In this document: positions 1 to 9,000 of the stretch, piece after piece
Layout of the letters: each line of letters starts with the position of its first letter
Position numbering within the stretch: position 1 is the first letter of the stretch
Origin: Verrucomicrobiota bacterium
Lineage (GTDB): Bacteria > Verrucomicrobiota > Verrucomicrobiia > Palsa-1439
DNA: 64,000 bases
Reading direction: 5' to 3'
Assembly (NCBI GenBank): GCA_016871575.1
Contig: VHCW01000007.1
Location: 19,616 to 83,615, forward strand
The notes under the pieces: generated by a model
What the model saw: the letters and a program-made list of their open reading frames with translations, nothing else
What the model was told of the DNA's origin: nothing
The model's database searches: none
Made by a program: the position numbers and the translations under genes

Positions 1-2575
1 CAAAACCGTAGGTCGCGTCCTTGTCCATGACCATGATCTGGCCCGACGGCACGCGATTGCCCATCGCCGGCCACTGGCCCCAGCCCGACTTCATCGCGTC
101 GCCAAAAATCCAGTACGTGCGATGCCACCAATCGCCGTCGAGGAACCCCGCCGCGCTGTGCAGGTGCGGCACGGCTTTCTTGAGCAACTGACCGTCGAGA
201 CCGAAACTCTCGTGCCGCATGAACACCAGTTCGCCATCGCAGGAAAGCACGTCATTGAGGCGGCCGTTCAAGCCAACGCCGCCGCGGTCGTCCACGACCG
301 TCCGCGAGAGTTCCTTGCCGGTCCGCGCGTCGAGCCGGCAGAGCACGATGCCGCCATCGAGGAACGACGACCGGCCCGCCGCGCAGAAGACAACGCCATC
401 CTTCACCAACACACTGCCGTGCACCGGCCACGGCGATTCGAGTTGGCCGTAGGCCATGATGCGCTGGTCTGCCGGCGCGGCACGGAACCGCCACGCGAGC
501 CGGCCATCGGTCGCGCTCAGGCAATAGACCCGGCCGTCGGTGCTGCCGAACAACACGCGACCTTCGAACACCGTCGGTGGCGAATCCACGTGCCCGCCCG
601 CCGTGAACCGCCACAACTCTTTTCCGCTGGCCGCATCGAGCGCGCAGACTTCGCGCGTCTCCGTCGCTGCGACGAACAACCTGCCGCCGGCGATGGCCGG
701 CGCGGTGAGTTTCCCGCCGAGTTTCGTCTGCCACGCTTCCGCCAGCGAAGCCGGCACGGCAGCGGAAGTGGAACCGCTCCGCACAATGTCGCCACGATAA
801 GTTGGCCAATCAGAGGTTTGAGATTGTTGATTTGCGATAACGGCGGGACCTTGTTCCAAACGCTCTCCGCTCTCCACGATCGTTCGCGCCGGCGCGAGCG
901 CGTTGAAGCTGTTGAGCTTCGATTGGATGAAACAGGCACAGGCGTGTGGAGGGACGTAGAGCAGGCCGTTGGCGGGCATCACGCCGTATTGGCAGGCGCC
1001 GCGCACCCAATGATTCGCGATGGCCTTGCCGGTGTTGACGTCAACGAACTCCGCGCCGGCGCGGCCGGTGATGAGATAGCGGTCAGTCGCCTTGTTGCGA
1101 TAACACCGATGATGTCCCATGCCCACGGCATAAAACTCCTGATCGCGCGGGCGCGTCTTGCGGACTTCGCCGGTGAGAAGGTCGCGGCCTTGCGTGATGC
1201 CGGGGTCGCTGGCTTTGACGAGATCGCCGCTCCACACGGTCCCACCCGTCACCAACAAATCCACCGGCGAATTGTAGCCTTCGCGCGCCGGTGCGCTCCA
1301 GAGCCGCTGGCCGGTCTTGGCGTTGAACGCGATCATCTCGCCCTTCGGCGCGAGGCCGCCGGCGCTGTTGACCGACCAACTGAGTGCGCCCTCGTCGCCG
1401 GCGGCGCGGTCGGCGGAGAGCACAACGTCGCCGCTCACCACCAACGTCGGCGCGGTCCAGCTTGGCCGCTTCGGAGTCAACGGACGCGCGGCCTTCCAAA
1501 TCTCCTTTCCGGTCGCTGCGTCGGCGCAGATGACCGACTTGAGGTCCTCGAAGAACACGCGGTTGCCCGCCGCGGCCAGCGCCGTCGGCATCAGGTCGGT
1601 TCCGGTCTTGTTCCAGAGCGTCTCGCCGGAATCGGCGCGCACGGCGAGCAAAGTTTTCTTCGGCGCCGGCACGCTGTAAATCGGCCAGAAATTCCATTTG
1701 TCCGTCGCGGCCCTGGCGAGGCGCGCCTCCTCGTCAGCGCTGGTCGGTTCTGCGGTCACGACGAACAGCACGCCGTCGTGGCAGATAAATTCCGTCGCGT
1801 TGACAGTCTGCGAATACGTCCGCAACGTTTTGCCGGTCACGGCGTCGAGCGCACAGACCGGTTTGCCGTAGCCGAGCGTGACATAGACGCGGTCGCCGAC
1901 CGCGACGAGCCGCCGCGCCAGTTCCGCCGGGCCGGCGCGGAAACCGCGGAGGTGATATTGCCAGCTTTCGATGGGCAGCTTCCAGAACTGGATGCCGTTG
2001 AAAGCGTCGCGCGCGATGAGAAACCATTTCGGCGTCAACGCCACGGAGGCGGTCGGCGCTTCGTCCACGACGTAGAAGATGCGTCCCTTTGCCGTGACCA
2101 CAGCGCTGATGGTGGAGAGGTGATCGTGGCTGCGCGCCCATTTCGGCTCGGCGACCCACTGCAGATGTTGCGGCGGCCCGACGAGCGTGTCGTGCGACAC
2201 GGCGTTGTTGCCGGGACTGTGGAGGTAGTGCGTCCAGTCGTCCATCTCCTTCGGCCAGGGCTTGACGATCTTTTTTCCGCCGATGAGCGCGACGCCGCCC
2301 GGCACGAGGACGCGCAACGCTTCAGCTACCGGAACATTTCCGGAACTTTCGGCGACGAGCAGGTTCACGAGATTGTCAACGTACGGCAACCGTCCGCCAC
2401 GGCATTCGCCGAGGTTGTCCACGACGAAGCCGTCTTTCGCGCGCAGCTCGCCGCGACCGATGTGGACGACGAGGCCGCCCTTGATGCCGGTGGATTGCAG
2501 AATGTCTTTTGCGTTGTTGGCGGTTGTCTGTGCGGCAAGCAGCAGAACGACGGCACACACTCGAAGTATCATCAT
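1..2575 (-). CDS. Paralog P1 (3' end cut by window edge) of the secreted methyltransferase-fold + PQQ/BamB-like beta-propeller family
   Basis: Missing from the ORF track, presumably because it has no stop codon inside the window. Hand translation of the minus strand from ATG 2575..2573 gives MMILRVCAVVLLLAAQTTANNAKDILQSTGIKGGLVVHIGRGELRAKDGFVVDNLGEC... At the window edge it reads ...NRVPSGQIMVMDKDATYGF. Both ends are colinear with the full-length paralogs. The track lists no interrupted minus-strand ORFs in this frame. The start forms an ATGA overlap with the P2 stop (2572..2574). Confidence 0.85.
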   Translation of the reverse strand, partial: MMILRVCAVVLLLAAQTTANNAKDILQSTGIKGGLVVHIGRGELRAKDGFVVDNLGECRGGRLPYVDNLVNLLVAESSGNVPVAEALRVLVPGGVALIGGKKIVKPWPKEMDDWTHYLHSPGNNAVSHDTLVGPPQHLQWVAEPKWARSHDHLSTISAVVTAKGRIFYVVDEAPTASVALTPKWFLIARDAFNGIQFWKLPIESWQYHLRGFRAGPAELARRLVAVGDRVYVTLGYGKPVCALDAVTGKTLRTYSQTVNATEFICHDGVLFVVTAEPTSADEEARLARAATDKWNFWPIYSVPAPKKTLLAVRADSGETLWNKTGTDLMPTALAAAGNRVFFEDLKSVICADAATGKEIWKAARPLTPKRPSWTAPTLVVSGDVVLSADRAAGDEGALSWSVNSAGGLAPKGEMIAFNAKTGQRLWSAPAREGYNSPVDLLVTGGTVWSGDLVKASDPGITQGRDLLTGEVRKTRPRDQEFYAVGMGHHRCYRNKATDRYLITGRAGAEFVDVNTGKAIANHWVRGACQYGVMPANGLLYVPPHACACFIQSKLNSFNALAPARTIVESGERLEQGPAVIANQQSQTSDWPTYRGDIVRSGSTSAAVPASLAEAWQTKLGGKLTAPAIAGGRLFVAATETREVCALDAASGKELWRFTAGGHVDSPPTVFEGRVLFGSTDGRVYCLSATDGRLAWRFRAAPADQRIMAYGQLESPWPVHGSVLVKDGVVFCAAGRSSFLDGGIVLCRLDARTGKELSRTVVDDRGGVGLNGRLNDVLSCDGELVFMRHESFGLDGQLLKKAVPHLHSAAGFLDGDWWHRTYWIFGDAMKSGWGQWPAMGNRVPSGQIMVMDKDATYGF

Positions 2576-5500
2576 TCGGTTCCTCCAAAGCACAGAACGT
2601 TACCATCCACCGTGGCGATGTACAACCGGCCGAGCGCGGCGGACAGGCCGTCGAAAACCGGCATTGACGGCAAGGCGCACTCGGAAATCTTTTTGCCATC
2701 GGCGGCGTTGATGATTCTCAGAAAAACGCCTTTCTTGCCGTCAAACGCCGCCCGCGCTTCCGTCTCGTTTGTGAACGCCAGCAGGTCGGGATCTTTCCGG
2801 CCGAGATCAACCGGGCCGGCGACGGCCAGCCGGTCGTTGCCGAGCGCCATGGCGCGGACGATGAGCGATTGCGTGTCGGTCCAGATCGGATCGGGTTTGC
2901 CCGCAGCGGTTCGTTCCATTCCGAACAGCCGGTAGGCATCGGCCTTGTGGCCGACGGGACCGGGGGCAACTTTCTCTCGACCGTAACCGTACACACGGCG
3001 TTCGTCGAAACATAAAATCCGGCCCGCCGGAAACTGGTTGGCAGCGCTCGCCCAGCCACCCCAGCCGGCGCCGGGCATGCCTTCGCCGAGGACCCAGTAA
3101 TTGCGGACGAACCATTCTTCGCCGAGGAAACCGGTGATCGAGAAGGGACGCGGTTTCGCCGTTTCCGTCCGTTTGCCGTAGCGGTCGAACGTGAAATACT
3201 TCAAGAACACCGCATCACCGTCGCCGGAGAGGATGTCGGACGTGGTGCCTTCCATATTGAACTTGGCTTCCGTCGTGAGTTGTTCGCCGGTTTGCGGGTC
3301 GAGATGATAGAGGACGGTCTTCGACAGCTCGCGGCCCGTCGCCGGCTCGAGCCGGTAAAGCACGATGCCGCCGTCCAGATATGTCGAGCGGCCAGCGGTC
3401 GCGTAGAGCGTGTCGTTCTGCACGAGCACCGCCCCGTGAACCGGCCAGAGCGATTCAAGCTGGCCGTACGCTGCGATTAACCGTTCCGCCGGCGCGGCGC
3501 GGAATCGCCAGACCAACGCGCCATCCGCGTCACTCACACAGTAAATCCAGCCATCGGCGGAACCGAAGATGACCATGCCATTATAAATGGTCGGCGAACT
3601 GTCAATGCGTCCACCCGCGGTGAACCGCCAGATCTCCCGGCCATTTGCGGCGGCGAGGGCGTGGACCGTGTGCGCATCGGGCGCGGCCACGAACACTTTT
3701 CCGCCCGCAATCACCGGCTGCGTCAGCCGTCCGCCGAGCGAGGCCGACCATGTTTGTTTCACCGCGTCGGGAATCGCGCTGGCGACCGCGCCGCTGCGGC
3801 GCGAATCGCGGCGGTACGCGGGCCAGTCTTCCGCATTTCGGATTTCGGATTTCGGATTTCGGATTTCCGAATAGGCTGGGCCGCGTTCGAGCACCGGTTC
3901 CTTGGGGAACGGCATCGCGCCGGTCTTGTCGCGTTGCGGCGCGGCGGCGAAGAACCCGGCGACTTTGGAAGTGAGAAAACAGGCGCAGGCATTGGGCGGC
4001 GCGTAGAGAAGGCCGTTGGCCGGCATGATGCCGTACTGGCAGGTGCCGCGAATCCAACTGTTGTTGCTGAGCCAGCAACCCTTGTCGAGACTGAGCACTT
4101 CGATGCCGGATTTGCTGGTGAAGATGAACCGCCCGGTGGCCTTGTTCCGGTAGCAACGATGATGCGCCATGCCGACCTTGGGGGCCTTGGCGTTCATCGT
4201 TTTCGCTGGCGCGCCCGTCTTCAGGTCCAGCCCGTGAAACTCCGGCCCGACCCACACGACGCCGTTGATGACGAACAGGTCCGCCGGCGAGTTGTATCCT
4301 TCCTTGCTCGGCGCCGACCACAATTCCTTGCCGTCCTTCGCCGCGTACGCCCGCAACGTGCTCTTGCCTTTCCGTGGGAACCCCGGTTCGTTCCAGCCGT
4401 GGACGCCCCACGCGACCGTGCCGGCGGCTGGGGCGCCCTCAATATCAAGGTCGGCCAGCAGAATCACATCGTCGGTCGCCACCAATGTCGGCGCGGAGAA
4501 GCTCATGCGCCGCGCGGTGGTCGGGCGCGCGGTTTTCCAAACTTCTTTGCCCGACCGCGCGTCGAGACACACGATTCCGGAGGAACTCTGGTAGTACAGG
4601 CGCGACCCTTTCACCGCCAACGTCAACGGCAGGAGATATTCGTTCCGGGCAAAATCTTTTTTCCACAACGGCTTCGCCGTGGCGGCATCCAGGGCGGTGA
4701 TGAATCGGAAATTCGTCGGCGCCGGTTCGTTGCGCGTAAACAGTCCGCCGCCGGTCCGCTCCGCTTCGGATGTGCCCACGGCCAGATAGAGAATGCCGTT
4801 GTCCGCGATGATCTCTTCCGCCCGCTCGGTGCCCTTGTATTCGCACACGGTCTGGCCGGTCGCCGCATCCAACGCGAGCACCGGTCCCGCGAGGCTCGGT
4901 GTCACGTACACCCGGTCGCCGACCGCCACGAGCCGGCGCGGCAGGTGCGCCGGGCCGGAACGGAAATGGCGCAGATGATCCACCCACGAACTGATGGGAC
5001 GTTTCCACAGCAGCGTGCCGTTGAATGCGTCGCGCGCCACCAGCTTCCAGTCGCCCGTAAACCGGATGAAAGCCAGCGGCGCCTCGTCCACGATGTAGAA
5101 GATGCGCCCTTGCGCCGTGACCGCGGCGCTCATGCTGGCGAGTTCCTCGTGGCTGCGCCCCCACCGCGGCTCTGCCACCCACTGGATCGAGCGCGGAATG
5201 TCCACCACCGAATCCATCGCCACCGCGTTGTTGTCCGGCCCGTGCAGAAAATGCGTCCACTGATCAATCGTCTTCGGCCACGGTTTCACCGTCTTCTTCC
5301 CGCCGATCATCGCCACGCCGCCGGGGACGAGCACCCGCATCACTTCGTCCATTGAAACCGCGCCGGGTTTTTCCGCCACGACCAAGTTCACAAGGTTGTC
5401 CACGTACGGCAACACTCCACCGCTCCATTGCGCCACGCTGACCGGCCCGTACAAGCCGAGCGACTGAATGTGTTTGCGCGCCGCCGTCACGTCCGTGTCG

Positions 5501-5667
5501 AGTCCATGGACGAGAAAGCTGTCGTTGGCGCGCAACGCCACTGTCTGTTTCCCATCGCCGCAGCCGATGTGGACGACGAGGCCGCCCTTGACGCCGGTGT
5601 CCGCGCCGCAAAACGCCGATGCTATTGTAAGCAGAGAAATCAGGCAGGTTAGTAAGAAGGTTTTCAT
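2572..5667 (-). CDS. Paralog P2: signal peptide + class-I SAM-methyltransferase-like fold + split PQQ/BamB-like beta-propeller protein
   Basis: ORF 2572..5754. The start is trimmed to ATG 5667 (MKTFLLTCLISLLTIASAFCG, a signal-peptide-like N-terminus). Motifs seen: VVHIGCGDGKQT, LVHGLD, LPYVDNLVNLVV, MRVLVPGGVA, KPWPKTIDQWTHFLH, HHRCYRNKAT, DWPAYRRD, GGRIDSSPT, WRFRAAP, QLESLWPVHGAVLV. Confidence 0.9.
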   Translation of the reverse strand: MKTFLLTCLISLLTIASAFCGADTGVKGGLVVHIGCGDGKQTVALRANDSFLVHGLDTDVTAARKHIQSLGLYGPVSVAQWSGGVLPYVDNLVNLVVAEKPGAVSMDEVMRVLVPGGVAMIGGKKTVKPWPKTIDQWTHFLHGPDNNAVAMDSVVDIPRSIQWVAEPRWGRSHEELASMSAAVTAQGRIFYIVDEAPLAFIRFTGDWKLVARDAFNGTLLWKRPISSWVDHLRHFRSGPAHLPRRLVAVGDRVYVTPSLAGPVLALDAATGQTVCEYKGTERAEEIIADNGILYLAVGTSEAERTGGGLFTRNEPAPTNFRFITALDAATAKPLWKKDFARNEYLLPLTLAVKGSRLYYQSSSGIVCLDARSGKEVWKTARPTTARRMSFSAPTLVATDDVILLADLDIEGAPAAGTVAWGVHGWNEPGFPRKGKSTLRAYAAKDGKELWSAPSKEGYNSPADLFVINGVVWVGPEFHGLDLKTGAPAKTMNAKAPKVGMAHHRCYRNKATGRFIFTSKSGIEVLSLDKGCWLSNNSWIRGTCQYGIMPANGLLYAPPNACACFLTSKVAGFFAAAPQRDKTGAMPFPKEPVLERGPAYSEIRNPKSEIRNAEDWPAYRRDSRRSGAVASAIPDAVKQTWSASLGGRLTQPVIAGGKVFVAAPDAHTVHALAAANGREIWRFTAGGRIDSSPTIYNGMVIFGSADGWIYCVSDADGALVWRFRAAPAERLIAAYGQLESLWPVHGAVLVQNDTLYATAGRSTYLDGGIVLYRLEPATGRELSKTVLYHLDPQTGEQLTTEAKFNMEGTTSDILSGDGDAVFLKYFTFDRYGKRTETAKPRPFSITGFLGEEWFVRNYWVLGEGMPGAGWGGWASAANQFPAGRILCFDERRVYGYGREKVAPGPVGHKADAYRLFGMERTAAGKPDPIWTDTQSLIVRAMALGNDRLAVAGPVDLGRKDPDLLAFTNETEARAAFDGKKGVFLRIINAADGKKISECALPSMPVFDGLSAALGRLYIATVDGNVLCFGGTE
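3835..3869. repeat. Heptanucleotide tandem repeat (ATTTCGG)x4 plus one imperfect unit, inside the P2 inter-domain linker
   Basis: Read directly: atttcgg atttcgg atttcgg atttcgg atttccg. It encodes SEIRNPKSEIRN between ERGPAY and DWPAY. The unit is the reverse complement of the CCGAAAT/CGAAATC unit in the intergenic elements at 35485 and 37798. Confidence 0.95.
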
Positions 5668-5679
5668 GGCAGTGCGTGA

Positions 5680-5718
5680 GATTCTATCCAACACCACCGG
5701 GAAGACAAGGTTGCAGAG
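5680..5718 (-). promoter_or_regulatory. Conserved promoter-like leader upstream of P2
   Basis: The minus strand reads CTCTGCAACCTTGTCTTCCCGGTGGTGTTGGATAGAATC. It has a -35-like TTGTCT, a 16-nt spacer and a -10-like TAGAAT, with 13 nt between the -10 element and the ATG. The same block lies upstream of P3, P4 and P7. Confidence 0.4.
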
Positions 5719-5759
5719 TTTGACTGATGCAACAAAAACCGTTGAGCAGTTCACAGAGC

Positions 5760-6001
5760 GCGTCCGGGACGGACGCCACTACACCCATCCGTGGTGTAGT
5801 AGCCGCCGTCTCGGCGGCTCTTTGCCCAAGCCATCGAACTGCCTTGAAACATGCCGAGGAAAGCCTCGACCAAGGACAGGGTGTCACGCAAGAAAACGTT
5901 GAAGCGCGGTTTGAAGCGACGAGACGGTGATTTGTAGCTGCGCTTGTGCCAAGCGCAGACTCGGTCGCTCTCCCCACGAAACGGCGCTTCACAGAAGCGC
6001 C
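5760..6001. other. Cluster of five perfect short hairpins in the P3-P2 spacer
   Basis: Stems read directly. H1 5760-5776: GCGTCCG-gga-CGGACGC. H2 5778-5800: ACTACACC-catccgt-GGTGTAGT. H3 5802-5818: GCCGCCG-tct-CGGCGGC. H4 5938-5958: CTGCGCTT-gtgcc-AAGCGCAG. H5 5983-6001: GGCGCTTC-aca-GAAGCGCC. Confidence 0.7.
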
Positions 6002-6047
6002 GCTACAACAACACCCGGTAAAGAAAACACATTCCGCCAAACTTCAG

Positions 6048-9000
6048 TTACGGCTTTCCTTCCAAGCACGCAAGACTGCCGTCTTGCAATGCGATCAGTA
6101 AACGTCCGCCTGCAGCGATCAAGCCGTCGAAGACTGGCGGCACGTTCAGCGCGCTTTCGGCGAGCTTCTTGCCGTCCTTCGCTGACACGGCGACGAGCTT
6201 CGCGCCTTTCTTGCCATCGAGTGCCGCGTATGGGTCTTTCGCGTCAAGTTCGTCGGGCGGGCCAGCGACAAACAACGTGTCGCCGGCTTTGACCATCGCG
6301 CGGATCCGCACCGGCAGGAACGTCTTCCACAACGGCGGCTCCGCGCGCGTGTAGCCGATCATCTTGTCGAGACCGAACGCGGTGTTGTCGAGCTTCTCTA
6401 CGGCGCGTCCGCCGCCGCGCTCGTAATCGGATTGCGGCAACCACTCCACCGGCTTGCGCGCGCCGGTGGGGTCGCCGACGATCTGCGGCTCGTTGGAGTT
6501 CTTGTCGGCGTAGAGCAGATAACCTTCCTTGCCGGGGAAGAACATCGGGCTGTGAACGTTGCGGCGATAGTACGGCTGGACAGCGTAGGTGCGTTCGTTG
6601 TCCACGATGAGCAACTGGCCGCTCTTCGAGGATTGATTTGCCAATTGGAAACCGGGCCAGCGTTTGGCGTACATCCAGAACGCGCGGTTGTACCACGACG
6701 CGTCCAGGAAACCTGACGTCGAGAACACGTGCAGGCCGACATCCTTCTCACCCTTCACAGAAAGATCTTCCTGCTTCTCTTCCCTGAGATCGGGCGTCAG
6801 TTTCTTCTGGCGCATATAGACATAACCGCCTTCGTGGGCCAGCACGTCGGAGTTCGCGCCGGGAATATAGAACGACACCTCGCGGAACGTCTTGCCGTCG
6901 GGGAACGGGCCGGAGAGCGTTGTCTGGTGCTGCAGCTTGCCTGTCGTCGCGTCCAGCGCGTACACGCGAATGCCGCCGTCCAGATACGTCGAGCGGCCGG
7001 CGGTGCAGTAGGCCGCGCCGTCGCTGACCAGCACGCTGCCGTGGACCGGCCAGACCGATTCGAGTTGGTCGTTGACCATGATGCGACGCTCACAAGGCGC
7101 CGCGAGGAACCGCCACGCCAGCGCGCCGTCGTCCGCGCGCAGGCAATAGACGTAGCCGTCCGCGCTGCCGAACAGAACGAGTCCACCGAGAATGGTCGGC
7201 GGCGAATCCACGCGTCCGCCGGCGACGAACGTCCACGCTGTCTTGCCGGTCTTCATGTCCAGCGCGTGGATCGTGTGCGATTCGCGCGCGGCCGCAAACA
7301 CGCGTCCGCCGGCGACGACCGGCTGCGTCAATCCGGCGCCGATCTTGACGCGCCAGGTTTCGGTCAACGTGGTTCCCACCTTGGTGGGCGTCGAGCCGTG
7401 GCGGGCCGGATTGTGACGGAAGGTTGGCCAGTCGTCGGGGTTTCTGCTTTCTGCTTTCTGCTTTCTGCTTTCTGCTCCGTAGGCCGGACCTTTTTGCAGT
7501 CGCTGATTGTCGGGCACCGGCTGGATCTTTGTGGCCGGGCCGATGGCGGTGAAGCCCAGTTTTTTCGCGCCGGGGTCGCAGAAACATTGGTCGGGCGGCA
7601 CGTAGATCATGCCGTTGGCGGGCATGATGCCGAGTTTGCAGGCGCCGCGCACGAAGTTGTGCTGCGAATGGTTGGAGCCGACGACATCCAGGAACTCCAA
7701 GCCTTCCATCGAACTGATGATGAATCGCTCGGTGGCCTTGTTCCGATAGCAGCGATGATGATGCTCCGGGCTGCGCAAGTTCTCGACGAAAAGACGTTTT
7801 CGTTCCTCGCCGGTCCGCAGGTCGTAGCCGATGGCGAGGACGTGGGGGCTTTTGACGTTGGGCGTGCGGTCTTCGTCCACGCCGATCATGTCCGGCCAGA
7901 CGATGCCGCCGATGACGTATAATCCCTCGCTGCCGAGGCCGCGCGCCAGCGGCGCTTCCTTTTTCCAAAGCAACTTGCCGGTGGCGCCATCGCGCGCCTC
8001 CAAGCCATTGTTGCCGAGCACCGCCAACACGCCGTCACACGCCACCAATGTTCGCACTCCGCCGCTTTCGACACCGGTTTGCCACCGGTCAGCGCCCGTT
8101 TTCAAGTCGAGCGCCGTCAGCTTGCCGCCGCCGAAGAACACGATGCGGCCTCCTTCAATCGCCAGCGTGATTCCCTGCACCGCGGGAACGTTCTTGCGCC
8201 AGAGCGCCTTCCCCGTGGCGCCTTCCACGGCGATCAATACGCCCGGCGGACCGCTCTCCTGCGCTTTGCCTTTCCCCTTGCCTTTTTGTCTTGGCAGTTC
8301 GGCGTCGGGTTTTCCTTCCTGCGAATAGACCAACGCAATGCCATCGGCAACGACGATTTGCCGGACCGGCGCGGTGTCCGGGACAGTCGCGACCGTTTTG
8401 CCGGTGGCCGCATCGAGAATCGCCAACGGCGCGCGGTAGCTGAGCGTCGCGTAGAGGCGGTCGCCGTCCACGACGAGCCGGCGCTGGTTTTCATCGGGCA
8501 CAACCGTCCGGCCACCGGTGATTGTCGTCCAGTCGGTGTTGGCGAATCTATCCCCGGCCCACTCCGTCCAGCCCCATTTCTCAATGGGCCGGCGCCAGAG
8601 TTCTTTGCCGTTGAACGCGTCCCGGCACAGCAGCGCCCAGCGCTCCGGCAAGCGCTGGTCGGTGATGCCGATCAATCCCTCGTCGAAAATGTAGAACACG
8701 CGCCCGCCGCCGCAGACCATCGCCTGGAAACCCGACGGCGTTTCGTGGCTGCGCAACCACAGCGGCGGCGCCATCCATTGCAACGAGCGCGGCGCGCCGA
8801 CGCGCGTGTCGCGGGCGACAGCGTTGTTGTTCGCGCTGTGCAGGAAATGCGTCCACTCATCAATGTCCTTCGGGCGCGGCTTGACCGTCTTCTTGCCGGC
8901 GATGAGCGCGACGCCGCCCGGCGCGAGCACGCGCATCAGCTCGTCCATCGAGACGCCGCTGGGCTTGTCCGCGACAATCAAATTCACCAAGTTCTCCGCG

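Noticed and set aside
122-2935. A 937-aa plus-strand ORF, the longest ORF in the first 3 kb of the track
   Set aside because: Its translation is Arg/Ala/Gly/His-rich with no motifs. It is the mirror-strand shadow of the real minus-strand genes P1 and P2, whose translations match six paralogs. It also runs straight across the P2/P1 gene junction.
3661-5355. Long antisense ORFs opposite the paralogs and other genes. Examples: 3661-5355, 6729-7922, 8079-9245, 11911-13626, 19408-20739, 23648-25021, 25270-26637, 26674-28002, 29482-30801, 36348-37925, 38458-40176, 40922-42238, 42527-44500, 46453-47823, 47646-48845, 48719-50098, 53940-55307, 55352-57574, 57902-58969.
   Set aside because: These are typical high-GC shadow ORFs. 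They are Arg/Gly/Ala-rich and lack recognisable motifs. Each one lies opposite a gene with clear family signatures.
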